Positions 11,891 through 24,423 of a DNA stretch of 64,000 nt are shown one piece after another. This DNA comes from Azolla caroliniana (lineage: Eukaryota > Plantae > Polypodiophyta). The stretch's first letter is position 1. The number at the start of each line of letters is the position of its first letter. The DNA lies in the NCBI GenBank assembly GCA_043228905.1, contig JBHGNT010000008.1, positions 992,001-1,056,000 of the forward strand. Reading direction: 5' to 3'. Both the position numbers and the translations under genes were made by a program. Below the pieces are notes generated by a model. That model saw nothing but the letters and a program-made list of their open reading frames with translations, ran no database searches and was not told the DNA's origin.

Positions 11891-13735
11891 ATTATCTGTA
11901 TTTCTATCTCGTTTATTGAAATTTCCTTTTACTTGGTTGACCAAAAAATTGCTAATATTGGCCTGTTTTCTATTTATGTGAAGTATAAATGTATTATTAT
12001 TTATATGTACTTTTTTTAATGTGTTTGAATGCATGGAACATTATGTCAAATGGGCATACTTCTCAAATGTCAACCTTATGTTTGTCGATTAGCATATCAT
12101 GTGCAATAATTCTTTCTACATGTGCCAGATAAGAGGATACCTAAAGATATAATGTGTAGAGAAATGTACACATTTTGTGTGAACTACTTTCATGTAGGTT
12201 TCCATCATCTATACTAGGGTTTTTTATGCACATTTCATATTCAAAGAGTATACCATTTTTGTAGTTACATGCGACATCATGAAAGTGTTGTCACTTGTAG
12301 GCAATTGTTCATAATATTTGTTTTATCAATTGCTTTTAATTGACAATTCTTATACATTGCACTATTGCAAATAATCGAGTAATGTTTGTTAACGAAAGTG
12401 ATTTCATAAATGATTTCTTCAAGTAGAAAACTCTTATTGTGCATGTTGTTTACATATGAAGAATTTCATTACGCTATTCTATTGCATATGAGTTAGTGTT
12501 TGATTTTCAAGGCATTAGTATTGTTTGTTTTGGAGAGTGATCTCTTTTTTAAGAAGAATTTATGGAGACTTTTGTTCTAGTGGATACTCTCAAACTAAAA
12601 GGATGAATAATTTCTCATACTCTTAATATGCACCCACAGTCTTGCTAGCATTTCCTTAAAGGCAATGATATTGTTTGTTGTGGAAAGTGATATTTGAAAA
12701 CCATATTTATAAAGCCAATACATAGCCTACATGATCCCAACTTGCAAAAATATGAAGAATAGGGTTGAAGGTTTAGGCTTATGATTGGATAACAAACAAC
12801 ACAATGCTGCCACGTTTGTTATATTATATATTTATTTGAATAATGTCAGATGGCAACAAATCCATGTATTCCTTTGACTTTGCTTTAGCATGTCTAATGT
12901 GGTCTTGTTTACGTGACTTCCTCCCATGAGCTATTGCATGTTTCACATTATACATTCTTTTTCTCATGAATTATAAATGCACGATCTTGATCGTTTATCC
13001 ATGGCTCACACAAGTCCAAAAGCATACATATATTCTTGTGGATATTAGCCATCACAAAAATGACATTGTTGATTTAATTGGTTTGCCAATTCAAGCAAAA
13101 TTCAACATGCCACAAATTCCTAGCCCCCCTCCCCCGGTGAACATATTGCCCATCTAAACCTAGAGCCTAAAAATATATAATAGATTGTACACTTTTCCAC
13201 ATCTTGAATTAAGTTATTGGGAATTAAACAAAGCTTCACTTTCCATTGTGAGGTTCTTGTTTGAAAAGATATTCATGTAGACCTTGTAACAGAAAAAACT
13301 TAACTTGTCTCTCATCTTGTCAATCTCTCTTGGATTTCTATTAAAGTTTAATCCATAGTGCCTACATACTTCTTGAAAACAAGAGGCAACGTAAAACTTG
13401 TGCTTTGCACGTAATGTCTTGTTAAATTATATATGTATATTGTGTGTCGAGAGGTCATTCCCAATTTGTAGTATAGAAATCCAACAATCGAGACAATTCA
13501 CGTTGACCCCTCTATCCTCATGTGCCGTCAGTTCCATGAAAACATCACTTATGAGATAGGGTTGATGAGCCACTTGAGCCGTTTTTTGACGATAATAATA
13601 ATTTAAAAGATTGTGATTATTATCCTTAATCAACACCTCAATTATGAGACCACCGTCGATGATGCCGATTGTAAACACATGGTATAAAAGCGAGGCAATC
13701 CACACAAGTTAAATCAACATCAAATTATTATCATT

Positions 13736-13745
13736 TATATATAAG
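13736..13745 (+). promoter_or_regulatory. Putative TATA box of pectate lyase gene
   Basis: TATATATAAG ~65 bp upstream of the ATG at 13807. Confidence 0.45.
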
Positions 13746-13806
13746 GTCTCATTGAATTACATACACACACACACACACATATACACATATCTCCCTTATT
13801 AGTAAT

Positions 13807-15825
13807 ATGGCTCATTGTATTAATAATGTGAAGACAAATAGTCATAAAATGCTCTTGGTTCTAGCACTACTAATGCTATTGCTTGGTAATATTATGTTAG
13901 CTACAAATCTTACTATGGCTGCATCCAATTACAATAGGTAAACATGTTGGCATTAACATAATATAAGGCAATTGAAGATCATAAATTTTGTTTCCTCACT
14001 AATTAAGTGTGAAGTTTCGTTAATCATAGGAGCAAATACACTTTTTTATACATGAAATCATAGAAAGTTATGAAATGACGACATAAATAGATATAATTCG
14101 ACTAAGACCATTTAGTAGGAAACAAACATGTCATAACTAGGAAGTTGTAGCCTATAGGTTCCCCTCCTTGTGATTTATTTGTACTCTTATCTAATTTAGT
14201 TGGAGAGATGGTCATAATCTAGCAAGCTGATAATGCTAAAGTAGCTTGAAAGGTCTTTCACAATTCAGTTACTTGGATTTCCCCGAAATGAAGTTAAACT
14301 AATTCCACAATGAATCAATGATGTTTGAAAGTAATTGGTTATTTACTGTAAAGTTAGACAAATATAATATCTCAAGATTGTTTTTCATAATTTAAAATAG
14401 ACAAACGCTTTTCAAAAACCATGAAAAGTAGCCATTGCTATTTATCTACATATTGGAAGTTAAAAGTTGGCTAGAACAATTACATTGCAGGATTGATAAG
14501 TGTTGGCGAGGCGATACGAATTGGGCACAATCTCGGATGAAGCTAGCTGATTGTGCCATAGGCTTCGGTAGCAAGACCACGGGTGGGAAGGGCGGGAACT
14601 TCTACGTAGTCACCAATGACGGTGACGATATAGACAACCCCAAGCCCGGTATGTTACGCTATGGTGCGATCCAGAAAGGACCTCTCTGGATCTACTTCGG
14701 GGGCAGCATGACCATCAACCTCAAGGCACAGCTCCTCATTAGCAATGACAAGACTCTTGATGGTCGTGGCACCAATGTCCATATCGCGGATGGGCCGTGC
14801 ATTACGATTCAAGACGCGAGCAACGTGATCATACATGGTCTTCACATCCATGATTGTCATGGTGGTGACTCCGATGGCGATGCCATACGTGTCTTAGCCT
14901 CGCGCAACATTTGGATTGACCATAACTCCCTCTCCTCCTCCGCGGATGGCCTCATCGATGTCACCCATGCTTCCTCGCTCGTCACCATCTCCAACAACTA
15001 CTTCTCCGATCATGACAAGGTCATGCTCCTTGGCCATAGTGACACCTACTCCGCCGACACTGCCATGAAAGTCACCGTCGCATTTAACCACTTCGGCACG
15101 GGCCTAGTCCAACGTATGCCAAGGTAATAAATAATCGTCATGTACCCTTAATATTACTTCCTTACTTAAACTCAAGTTAATATTATATAATGGCCAAGCG
15201 ATCCTTCATTCATCAAAGCTGATTGCGAATGATTATTCGCAGGTGTCGCTTCGGTTACGTCCATGTCTTTAACAACGACTACGACGGATGGGCACAATAC
15301 GCGATCGGTGGTAGTGCCGCCCCCACGATCCTCAGTCAAGGCAACCGCTTCCGTGCGTCTGGCACAGTCAAGGAGGTAAATATTATATAGTAATGCACTT
15401 CTATTACATAAAGATTCAAACATCTATGAACCAGCCATTACATGCTAAACAACATTATTGGTCCGTGTCTTATAAGATTGTTGTTCTAGTGTTTATTACC
15501 TTGCATAGACCATACCATGAACCCAAAATACATTCAATACCTAGTACTCTATAAATGTTCATGATGTGTACTGTCTGTCACTCAAGTACTTATGGTTGTA
15601 ATGGGTGTATAGGTGACCCAGCGCCTCGACACAAGCGCCTCGGTGTGGCAGAAGTGGAGGTGGAGATCCATCAATGACACTTTCGTGGATGGGGCATACT
15701 TCGTGCAGTCGGGTACCAACACCGACACCATCGACAATGACACTTTGCAAGGTAACGGCGAGTTTGCCGCTTACATGACGGGATCGGCCGGAGCCCTCTC
15801 GTGCACGACGACATCGGCTTGTTAA
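13807..15825 (+). CDS. Secreted pectate lyase (polysaccharide lyase family 1), ~369 aa, 4 exons: 13807-13937, 14491-15123, 15243-15375, 15613-15825
   Basis: GT-AG introns join in frame (1110 nt); hydrophobic signal peptide in exon 1; IDKCWR, DGDAI, WIDH, DGLID, RMPRCR and YAIGGS motifs. Confidence 0.95.
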
Positions 15826-16939
15826 GCAAAATATTGCATGTACACTACATTGCACACTCCCTCATGGATTTGAAGTATATATATACATACACATAGTATG
15901 GTAACTTCCACCTTCATGTGGGCATTTATTTATACATATTACAAAATCACATATTATAATAATGTGCATATAGGGATAGGTTATGACAAGTATATCAATA
16001 ACCATTTATACTTATTCTAATAACAACCTTGTAAATTATGACAAATTATGTGAACAACCTACATCCAAATAACAACCTTGTAAATTAAATGTAGTTGCCA
16101 TTTGCAACAATGACAGGCAAGTCACATTGTAATCATCCTTTACTTTATTACTACATCGTGTTATACGTAACGCGTCAATAAAAGTCGTTACAATTGTTAA
16201 ATAAATCTTTGACTCTACCATCATCTTAAAGATCAGCTCATGTAGAGCTGAAAATTGCTCCACTCATGAAATGTCTCTTGTTTATTTATTCCTATGACGG
16301 TAATGCTGAATTGCTTTGATGTTGTCCCATCACACATGAAATTGTATGTAGGCTACAATTGTACAATTTTTTGGCTTAAAAACACACGACTGTGTATACA
16401 TAATTTTAACTTCCGAACAACAATCATAGTTATCAATAAAACAAACATTGGTGAAGATAAACTTGAGGTAATAACAACAAAAAAAGTATATTTAAGTTGT
16501 TTGCACCATCTTCTCGATCGAAGATTATACAAAATGTTGCAATTAGTTATAGTGTATACACGCTATAAACCCATAAGTGTGAGCGTGCTAATGCCAAACC
16601 TTTGGTCATGAGTGTAACCTTCTTTGAATGCATGAGACATAAGTAGATGTTTACTAAAACTACTTCTGATTCAAGTTTTTGCAGATTTAAGGTGTCATTA
16701 TATTTTGTTACTATCTCTTTGCATTAGCTGTGGAATGAAGCATCCTTTTCATGGATACCCTCAAGTTGCGTAAACACATGTGTATGTGCTACTTGAAGGG
16801 GATCGCCAAGAACACGAACTAAGGAGTGCGTCGTGCAACAAGATAAGACTTATGAAACCCTTTATGGGTCACCTCACGTAAAATTCCCTTTTATCTCAAC
16901 TAGCACCCTTGGGATCGAGAAGTTTATTCGAGTTGAATG

Positions 16940-17635
16940 TGTTGTCGAGTAGTCGTGGTTCGTGCGGCGAAGTCACTAGGACTAAGGTTAATTCGAGTTT
17001 GAGCAAATTTTTTACAAGGCTTGTGTGGTGATGTCACAAAGATATTAAGGATAGGAGGAATAGGAGTTAAAAGTAATACATGTGTGAGAGAGCTGAGCAC
17101 AAATAAGAGATATTAAGGATAGGAGGAATATTAGGAGTTAAAAGTAATACATTTGAGAAAGAGATGAGCACAGATAAGAGATAGAGACAATGTATGATTT
17201 AAGAAACAAGAGTATATGATAAGAACATGACGTATATTGAGAATACAAGATTTTACCAACTTTACAATGCTTGAATTAGCTTATTTGATTGATCCATTAT
17301 TTGATTTTTTGACTTTCTCTTGATTCCTTTCCTTCATACTTTCCCCTCTTTTTATAGGTGTCCCCATGCATATGATGCATGTGAGGGTACAAGACATGCA
17401 TGATCGCCATTTGGCGTACATGCATTACATGTGAAGCATCATAGCCATCTTGCTCATTTGAGCTGTCATGTATGAAAATTAATATGGGAAAGAAAATATA
17501 GTTTTAAAAAATAACTTGGCTTAGTGGTATAAATGTTTTATTTGGTATATAAGGTTGTGGGTTCAAGTCGCCATAATGTCACTTGATCTAATATTTGAGC
17601 TTATTTTTATATCATGAAGCAATTTCTTCACGACA
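16940..17635. repeat. LTR-like repeat (left boundary approximate) with tRNA-like A/B boxes
   Basis: 17330-17570 homologous to 7600-7850; ends TTTCTTCACGACA like the Gypsy LTRs at 51811/58334. Confidence 0.6.
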
Positions 17636-17690
17636 ACGTGTTGAATAACTTGCTAGAATCAGAGGCTCCCTAAAATTAGAGGCTTCTTAG

Positions 17691-18213
17691 TGTTTTAATG
17701 ACTAAAACACGTAGTTAGATACTCAATCCCTGAGTACCCTTCACCAAAGGTTGTGGACGGAAGGATGGAATTAACACTTAGAAATTGATAAACAAATAAG
17801 TTACTTACTAGCTCTGTACGATCGGCTTATGTCTGATTGGCTCTGTGCTTAAAACTTCAAACTAAAATAAGTAACACAAACACAGTAACATAATAGACAT
17901 GGTGTACTCCAAAGCTAATTTATATTAAAAACTTACACACACTTGTACAATACACATGCCCCTTCATATAGGAAGCATGGAACGATTACATCAAGAAATA
18001 CATTGTCGTTCAGCAAATCGTTACTAACTAACTTCCTAATATTTTGCATTTCTTACTTTTATATTTTTCGGCATATACTATTTCAGCTATTAGTGATTCG
18101 GCTTCAGCTCTGTCCGGCTACACTTGTTTCGGCCTTTCGGCCACAACCTTTCTTTTACACATCATTTGGCCTTTCGGCCTTTTCACCCTCTTAAGTCAAC
18201 CTCCGTGGTAACA
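17691..18213. repeat. Probable solo LTR inserted in a 17-bp minisatellite
   Basis: TG...CA termini; flanks CTTAG / CTTAC (4/5 TSD match); same minisatellite on both sides. Confidence 0.55.
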
Positions 18214-18224
18214 CTTACGATTAA

Positions 18225-18495
18225 AGGTTCACTAGGATAGGAGACTCCCTAGAATCGAATGCTCTTTGGAATCGGAAGCTTGCTAGGATAGGAGGCTCCT
18301 TGGATGTCGAGGCTCGCTAGGATCGGAGGATGGAGGATCCTTAAAATCAAAGGCTCCTTGGAATTGTAGACTCCCTAAAGTTGGAGGCTTCTTGGAATTG
18401 GAAGCTCACTAGGATAGGAGGCTCCATGGATTTGGAGGTTCTTTAGAATTAGAGGCTCCTTGGAGTCAACCCCCCCTTAGGATTTAGGACTCTCT
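18225..18495. repeat. Degenerate 17-bp tandem repeat (~15 units, CTTGGAATCGGAGGCTC-like)
   Basis: Direct reading of periodic units; 2-3 more units at ~17650-17690. Confidence 0.75.
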
Positions 18496-18843
18496 AGTGA
18501 GCACTATGTTACTCTCTCGCACTCTCCACCACAATGGCACTCGAATGGTTAAGAACAAGTTTAAGGATAATCACAATAGATTAACACATGGAAACATTGA
18601 TGAAGATTGAAACATAAGTTTTTAACAAGAAAGTCGCTTTTTTATTTTAGGCTTTAAATCAATAATGGTGGTTACAAAATAAAGTAAAATTACGTAGGAT
18701 GAAAATTAAGCTTTCGGTGAGGACCTACGCTTGCTTTTGAGGAAGCTTATATGTTGTTTGTTTAGTTTGATCAATGAGTTGGAGATAGATAGATATCTGA
18801 TTGTTGATGGATTTTATTATCATCTTTTAAGGTCAAATATGAC

Positions 18844-18895
<52 letters not shown>

Positions 18896-20820
18896 TTAAC
18901 GTCTGCTAAGGCCAAATTTAGCCCATGAGACAAATGGTTTACCAAAAATGGGATATTTACCCATTCATCGAAAGTAAAAAAATCAAAATAAGATAAAAAA
19001 TAGTTCTTAAAAAAACATGTTCTACAATGAAAAGATGTTATACTAGGCCTAATTTCATTTCCATCCAAGTCTCTCGAAGAGAAGCGGGAGGTCAAAGGGT
19101 TGCGATGTGGATGTGGCCCATGGTCCCAATGTAAAAGGTACCCCAACCATAGCTTCTAGTTGACGTAGCTCACGTTCCCTTATCTTCTTAATCTTTTCTA
19201 CTCCATGTCGACTTGTTTTGAAGCCCAACATCTGAGGGCATTTGGTTGTTCTATGTATTTCTACTTCCTCAAGGGAGAGGCTGAGCGGCGTAAGTGTATC
19301 CACATTCATCGTCTCCCCTTGTTCCTGAAAAATTACACTAGTTACATGTTGATGAATAGTAAAAGGGTTATGATTAACACTTTGTAATTTATTCTCCCTA
19401 TGTTGTTTTAGCTCTAAGATATACCTACCTAGTCTTTTTACACTCGGGGTATCTAATAGTTTGGAGAGGGTGGGAGAGGGTCCTAATATGTCTTGGTATT
19501 CCGCCCGTATCTCGGCATAAGTTGGGCACTTGCATGTGCAGTGATACTCATCCTCTATCTCTATGTGGTATAACCTACATAGTCTTTCCTCTCTTGGGAC
19601 TCTATTAGCTTGACCATTCTCAATCTCACGTTGGTGAGATGATATCTTAAGTTGTCCAATGGCCACCCTTAGTGCATTTGATAAGAATGTATCTAGATAT
19701 CTTGGTCGTGTAATAAAACCTAACTTAGAAAAGTGCAAGAAGTGTTCCTTATAGTACAACATTTTAGATGGGAGTGGCTCTCGTGGGGTGATCCATTTAT
19801 ATCGAGTGTAAATTTGCCATATTTCTTGGCGTATCACTTTATTACGGTCTTCATGAGAGATTAGAGTTTGATCAGTCCCATGGTTGTACTTAAGAGGAGG
19901 TAGGTTATTAATGTCTATGCCGTTTGCAAGTAACCAACTCACACAATGCTATACCAAGAGCTAGTGTCTCCAGATGTAGGTATGGATTGGGATGCCTCAA
20001 AGGCTCGACGGGATATCCTATCTTGTGGTTCTACTAACATCGGGGGTAGACTAAACTCTGCTCTAATAATGTCATGCGGTACTGTCGATTTGCTTCGGAG
20101 TTGACATGATAACATCATCACCAAAGGTCTCTCTAATTGCGTCCACATGAAGGATGGTAGACCTGGAGCCCATACTACTGATGCATACATGAGTGAAGGG
20201 GTCACTAATGAGTCGAAGAGCCATCCCTTAGTCCGTGGCTCTTGAAAGTATGCCTGGTGGCATTGTCTCTCTAAGAGTGAGAGGGATGCATACCCTCTCG
20301 TTAGCCTATCTTTGGTTGCCTGGGTCATCGAGAATTTACTTGAGCGAGCACTAAAAGTGACTCCCAAGTAGCAATGGGCCCGGTTTGGTTTCGGTTCGGT
20401 TCAGTTTCTTTGCCTTGAAACCAAACTGAACTGAACCAAACCATTTTATATAAAACGAAAAAACACGTTCGCGTTCACAAGTGGAAGGATCGCGCATAAA
20501 TGGAAGGATAAGGGTAATTTTAGGGGTTTTTCAATGATTTTACAAAACACATTGATACCAATATCATACAAGTTCAAACATACTATGAAAAAGGTTAAAA
20601 ATCCACTATTTTCGTGATTTAGAAGTAACTAAAAAAAGACGAATTTCAAAAACGTACATTCTCAATTTATATCACAAACTTTACAACCAATGTTATTTTA
20701 TAAGAAACGATTTTTGGGAAATCATAAGAATTCAAAACACATGATTTTATATTACTCGATTTGTTACAAGCGGAATGTAGTTACACTTAATAGCCAAATA
20801 TACATTCATGATAGAGTCCT

Positions 20821-23601
20821 TTACGGAGAATCACTACTATAACTAATATACAATGACGATTCCTCCTCATCATCCTCGGATGTACCAATCAGTGCATTAT
20901 CTTCGTCATAAACCAAATGGTTTGACTCTAGATTATATGTAGCAGATCTCGTTTGCCTTTGACTCGAGCCACCTTGTAGACCTGGTAATTTTTCTTTTAT
21001 TATATCTATTGTTGACTTCCTTAATCGTCCGGCTTTTGTAAGTGTGAAGTCGTACACGATGATATCCACATCAGAGATATCAAGGGTCGAGGTGTTACGA
21101 GTGTTTCGCTTCCTCTTCCTACCTCCCCTTCTTGTTTGGCATTCAATCATCTCCAATGTATACTTACCTGTAAAAGCATTTGCACTTCTAGTGTTGTACC
21201 AATGAACATTTATAGACTTGATCGTGTTTTCTATTTCATGCATTAGCACTTCTAGAATTTTACCAACCCAAAATTGGTGGCCATGTGAGTTCTCATCAGC
21301 CGGCGTTGCAATCAACATCCCCCCGCTGAGCTCTTGCAAATTTCCTTGCCATCTAGCTTCGGCTGCTTTGGTCATCCTTGGTCCCACATAAATGTCTCTT
21401 TGTTGTGGATGGACCAAGCTGTCATTAATCGCATTTACTAGTTGCTCCGGACTTCTATTTACGCGATCATGTTGCAGCGACCATGTGAATGGCGTTTCCA
21501 AATTCCAATTATCAACAGATACACAATTGTCTATAATTTCATTCCGATCACTATAAAATACATCCCACCATGACGTGTCTTGTTGTGCGGCATATTTCTT
21601 GGCGGCCTCAATATGCTTTCTTTTTTCTTCTAAGGCTTGGAGCCATGACCGTTTTTGTTCTGATACCAAGTCGCTCTGCAACTGTCCTTTCTTCTCAATT
21701 GGCATTTTCTTAGCTCCATGGACAATTGTACTCGGCATACAAAGTAATAACTGGCAACCACCTTCAGGTTCCCATGTTGTAGAAGATGAATATTGTTTAG
21801 CATACAAAAGTGTAGAACCACTTATTCCATTTTTCTTTATCAAAAAAATGTGATTGAAACTTATATTGTTTAACTGAGCAAGCACTTTAACATTCCCACC
21901 ACCCCCATCTAATATATATCTCTTAAAGTCATATACCTCCTTCAAGTGTAACACTTTTGGGCGTGGTGTATATGCATCACAAATGACATCAAATAGTTTA
22001 GGTAAAGTGAAAGCATCATGCCGAGACAACTGTCTGGAGAATGTGCTAAACATCTGATCTATATGGTCATGTGTGTGGCCAACCAAAAGGAAATTGACTT
22101 TCACTTTCCTAAACAATTCTAGGTTGACCAACATACTTAGATAGCCAAATACAATTGAATTTTTGTTCTCTCTAGCAGTATTGTCCAATTGAATGTATAG
22201 AACAGGGGGGAAAGGTTGTCCCCAAGACATCAAAACTCGGTGAATCACTGTAACTGTTAGGTTAGGGTCATTGTGAACATTGGGGTAAGTAATGAAGACG
22301 TGAAGTCGAACAGACCTATTATAAGCCAAGCATCCCACCAAGTGCATTTGAACAAGGCACTCATCATTGACATCTTTGGGGAGCCTCCGCATATGCGGCA
22401 AGCATGTCTTCTTCTGGTCCATGCCATCTATCATCAAGCACATGTATTGTTCGGGCCTCTTCAAACACTTCTCTCTATGATGCATCGCCTTCCTTCGTTC
22501 TAAGGATTGTGCCTCACGATGCTCTTGTAGTAACTTCTTACTCGTATCCTTTTCCATTGATGTCTTTGCACCTTTAGCCAAACTTTTAAGATTTGCACAA
22601 ATGGAGCAATACCCCATACGTACTTTACGAGGAATAATAACATTTGAAAACCGAGCTCTCCATAATCTTGTGAATTGGCTATAGGTGATAGACTTATTAC
22701 GTGAGCCCAGCATTTCAGATCGATAGACATCATAAACTTCCCGACGGGTATAATTATCAGAAAGATGCATCCTACCTGTAGTGGGCATTACTTCACAATT
22801 TAACTGAAAGTAAGTTTTCATCCAGCCAATAGCTAGTCTTCCAATTGCACCTTTCATACTTGGAACCTCTTTACAATTGAGCATCTGATCCCCGCTAAGT
22901 AGACGTTGTTGTACTCTATGTAGCCGCATGTTACTAACACATAACGCAATTTTGAATGCAACTCTACATATCTGTTGCGCATGGAAGATATAATACTCGA
23001 ATGATACTTTGATCCCCGTACATTTGTCAGATACTAGTTGCATATGTGATCCGAGGTAAGTGTCTTGCTCATCACCGGTCATCGAAAAATAGTATCGCCT
23101 TAATTCTCGTAACTTTGATTTTCCAATCATAGACATACAACCACGGGCACAACATATTTTGTTGACATCAAATCCAATCTGTTTATCTGATGTCACCAAG
23201 CTAAATCTAGCCAGACGAATTCTTCGTGGGATTCTTCTAATATGCATAGGGCTCCCAGATTTCTCTTCCTGCATAGAGGTTGGTGTAACCTTGTTACAGT
23301 CTAATTCTCTGTTCTGACCATCGCCAATGTTATTCAATGTTTCCTGGGCACTTCCTTCATTCTCGGTATCTTTATTAATATCGTATTCTTCAATAGAGAA
23401 CTCTTCACATGTGTCATTATTTACATTCCCTGTAGATGAGCTCAGACAATATTCTTCGATAGAATATGGTGAGTCGGTCGAAAGACAATATTCTTCAATC
23501 GAATATGGTGACTCTGTTGACAAACAATACTCTTCAGTAGAAAACGATGGGTCTGATGACAAACAATATTCTTCAATCGAGAACGGTGAATCTTCACTCA
23601 T
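20821..23601 (-). CDS. Sola/DUF7869-like DDD transposase, 926 aa
   Basis: Uninterrupted ORF; CCxxxC, CxxAF and CSIC Cys motifs; candidate catalytic motifs IDGMDQ, LDNTARENKN, VGHTHDHIDQMF typical of Sola-type RNase-H-fold transposases. Confidence 0.82.
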   Translation of the reverse strand: MSEDSPFSIEEYCLSSDPSFSTEEYCLSTESPYSIEEYCLSTDSPYSIEEYCLSSSTGNVNNDTCEEFSIEEYDINKDTENEGSAQETLNNIGDGQNRELDCNKVTPTSMQEEKSGSPMHIRRIPRRIRLARFSLVTSDKQIGFDVNKICCARGCMSMIGKSKLRELRRYYFSMTGDEQDTYLGSHMQLVSDKCTGIKVSFEYYIFHAQQICRVAFKIALCVSNMRLHRVQQRLLSGDQMLNCKEVPSMKGAIGRLAIGWMKTYFQLNCEVMPTTGRMHLSDNYTRREVYDVYRSEMLGSRNKSITYSQFTRLWRARFSNVIIPRKVRMGYCSICANLKSLAKGAKTSMEKDTSKKLLQEHREAQSLERRKAMHHREKCLKRPEQYMCLMIDGMDQKKTCLPHMRRLPKDVNDECLVQMHLVGCLAYNRSVRLHVFITYPNVHNDPNLTVTVIHRVLMSWGQPFPPVLYIQLDNTARENKNSIVFGYLSMLVNLELFRKVKVNFLLVGHTHDHIDQMFSTFSRQLSRHDAFTLPKLFDVICDAYTPRPKVLHLKEVYDFKRYILDGGGGNVKVLAQLNNISFNHIFLIKKNGISGSTLLYAKQYSSSTTWEPEGGCQLLLCMPSTIVHGAKKMPIEKKGQLQSDLVSEQKRSWLQALEEKRKHIEAAKKYAAQQDTSWWDVFYSDRNEIIDNCVSVDNWNLETPFTWSLQHDRVNRSPEQLVNAINDSLVHPQQRDIYVGPRMTKAAEARWQGNLQELSGGMLIATPADENSHGHQFWVGKILEVLMHEIENTIKSINVHWYNTRSANAFTGKYTLEMIECQTRRGGRKRKRNTRNTSTLDISDVDIIVYDFTLTKAGRLRKSTIDIIKEKLPGLQGGSSQRQTRSATYNLESNHLVYDEDNALIGTSEDDEEESSLYISYSSDSP

Positions 23602-24423
23602 GGCTTAAGGTCTAGATAGGGCTCTCTAAGTTATACTCCTCTCTAAACATATACTCCTCCCTAAACATAAACTTCTCTCTAAACAAAAGCCAAATCAATA
23701 GAATGTCTATATTATGTAATATTCTATTAATACAATACATCTAAAAATTATTTTTAATAAAGTAATTTTACTTAAATTATCAATCATTATATAAGCTAGA
23801 TCTAAATGATGTTAAATCAAGTAAAATATAAAACTAATCATTAACAAGCCTTGAATATGTTGGATTAATGTTAAAATCATTGGCTAATTAATGCCACACA
23901 TTTTGATATAGAACGTCTCACGCATTGGTTCTTTAATGCTCACCATTTTAAATATTAGACTTATCAATCATTGGTTAATTCATGCCCACATATTTAATAC
24001 ATAACATTTGAGAGTCATAAAAATTGTTGGTTTTAGTAATCAATCATTGGTACATTCATGAACCTCTATCATTGTCTCCTTCATAACCTTTGAAGTCATT
24101 GTAGGTTGTTATGACTATAAAAGATTGATCAATATGTTAGTTTGACTTTGTAATCATTAATACAATCATAAGTTACTCTAGTTAATGTGACTATGGTTAC
24201 CAACTAACTATCCTCAAAGTTACCAACATTGGTTAAGGTGACTATGGTTACTTTAACCATGTGTTCAATCCCTATAAATAGGTAGACCTCATCATATTTC
24301 ACTCACCAGAGCGTACAGAGTGTACAGAGCACACAGAACGTAGAGAGCACATAGAGCACACAGAGCACTCAGAGCACAAAGCACGAAAGCGCGATCTCCG
24401 CCTCCACTTCAACACGATCAACC
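23602..24423. promoter_or_regulatory. Divergent promoter region between transposase and ParB-MTase gene
   Basis: Head-to-head ATGs; CCTATAAATA at ~24271-24280 conserved in copy A (~5780-5789); clustered AATCATT motifs; AGAGCAC repeats in probable 5' UTR. Confidence 0.65.
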
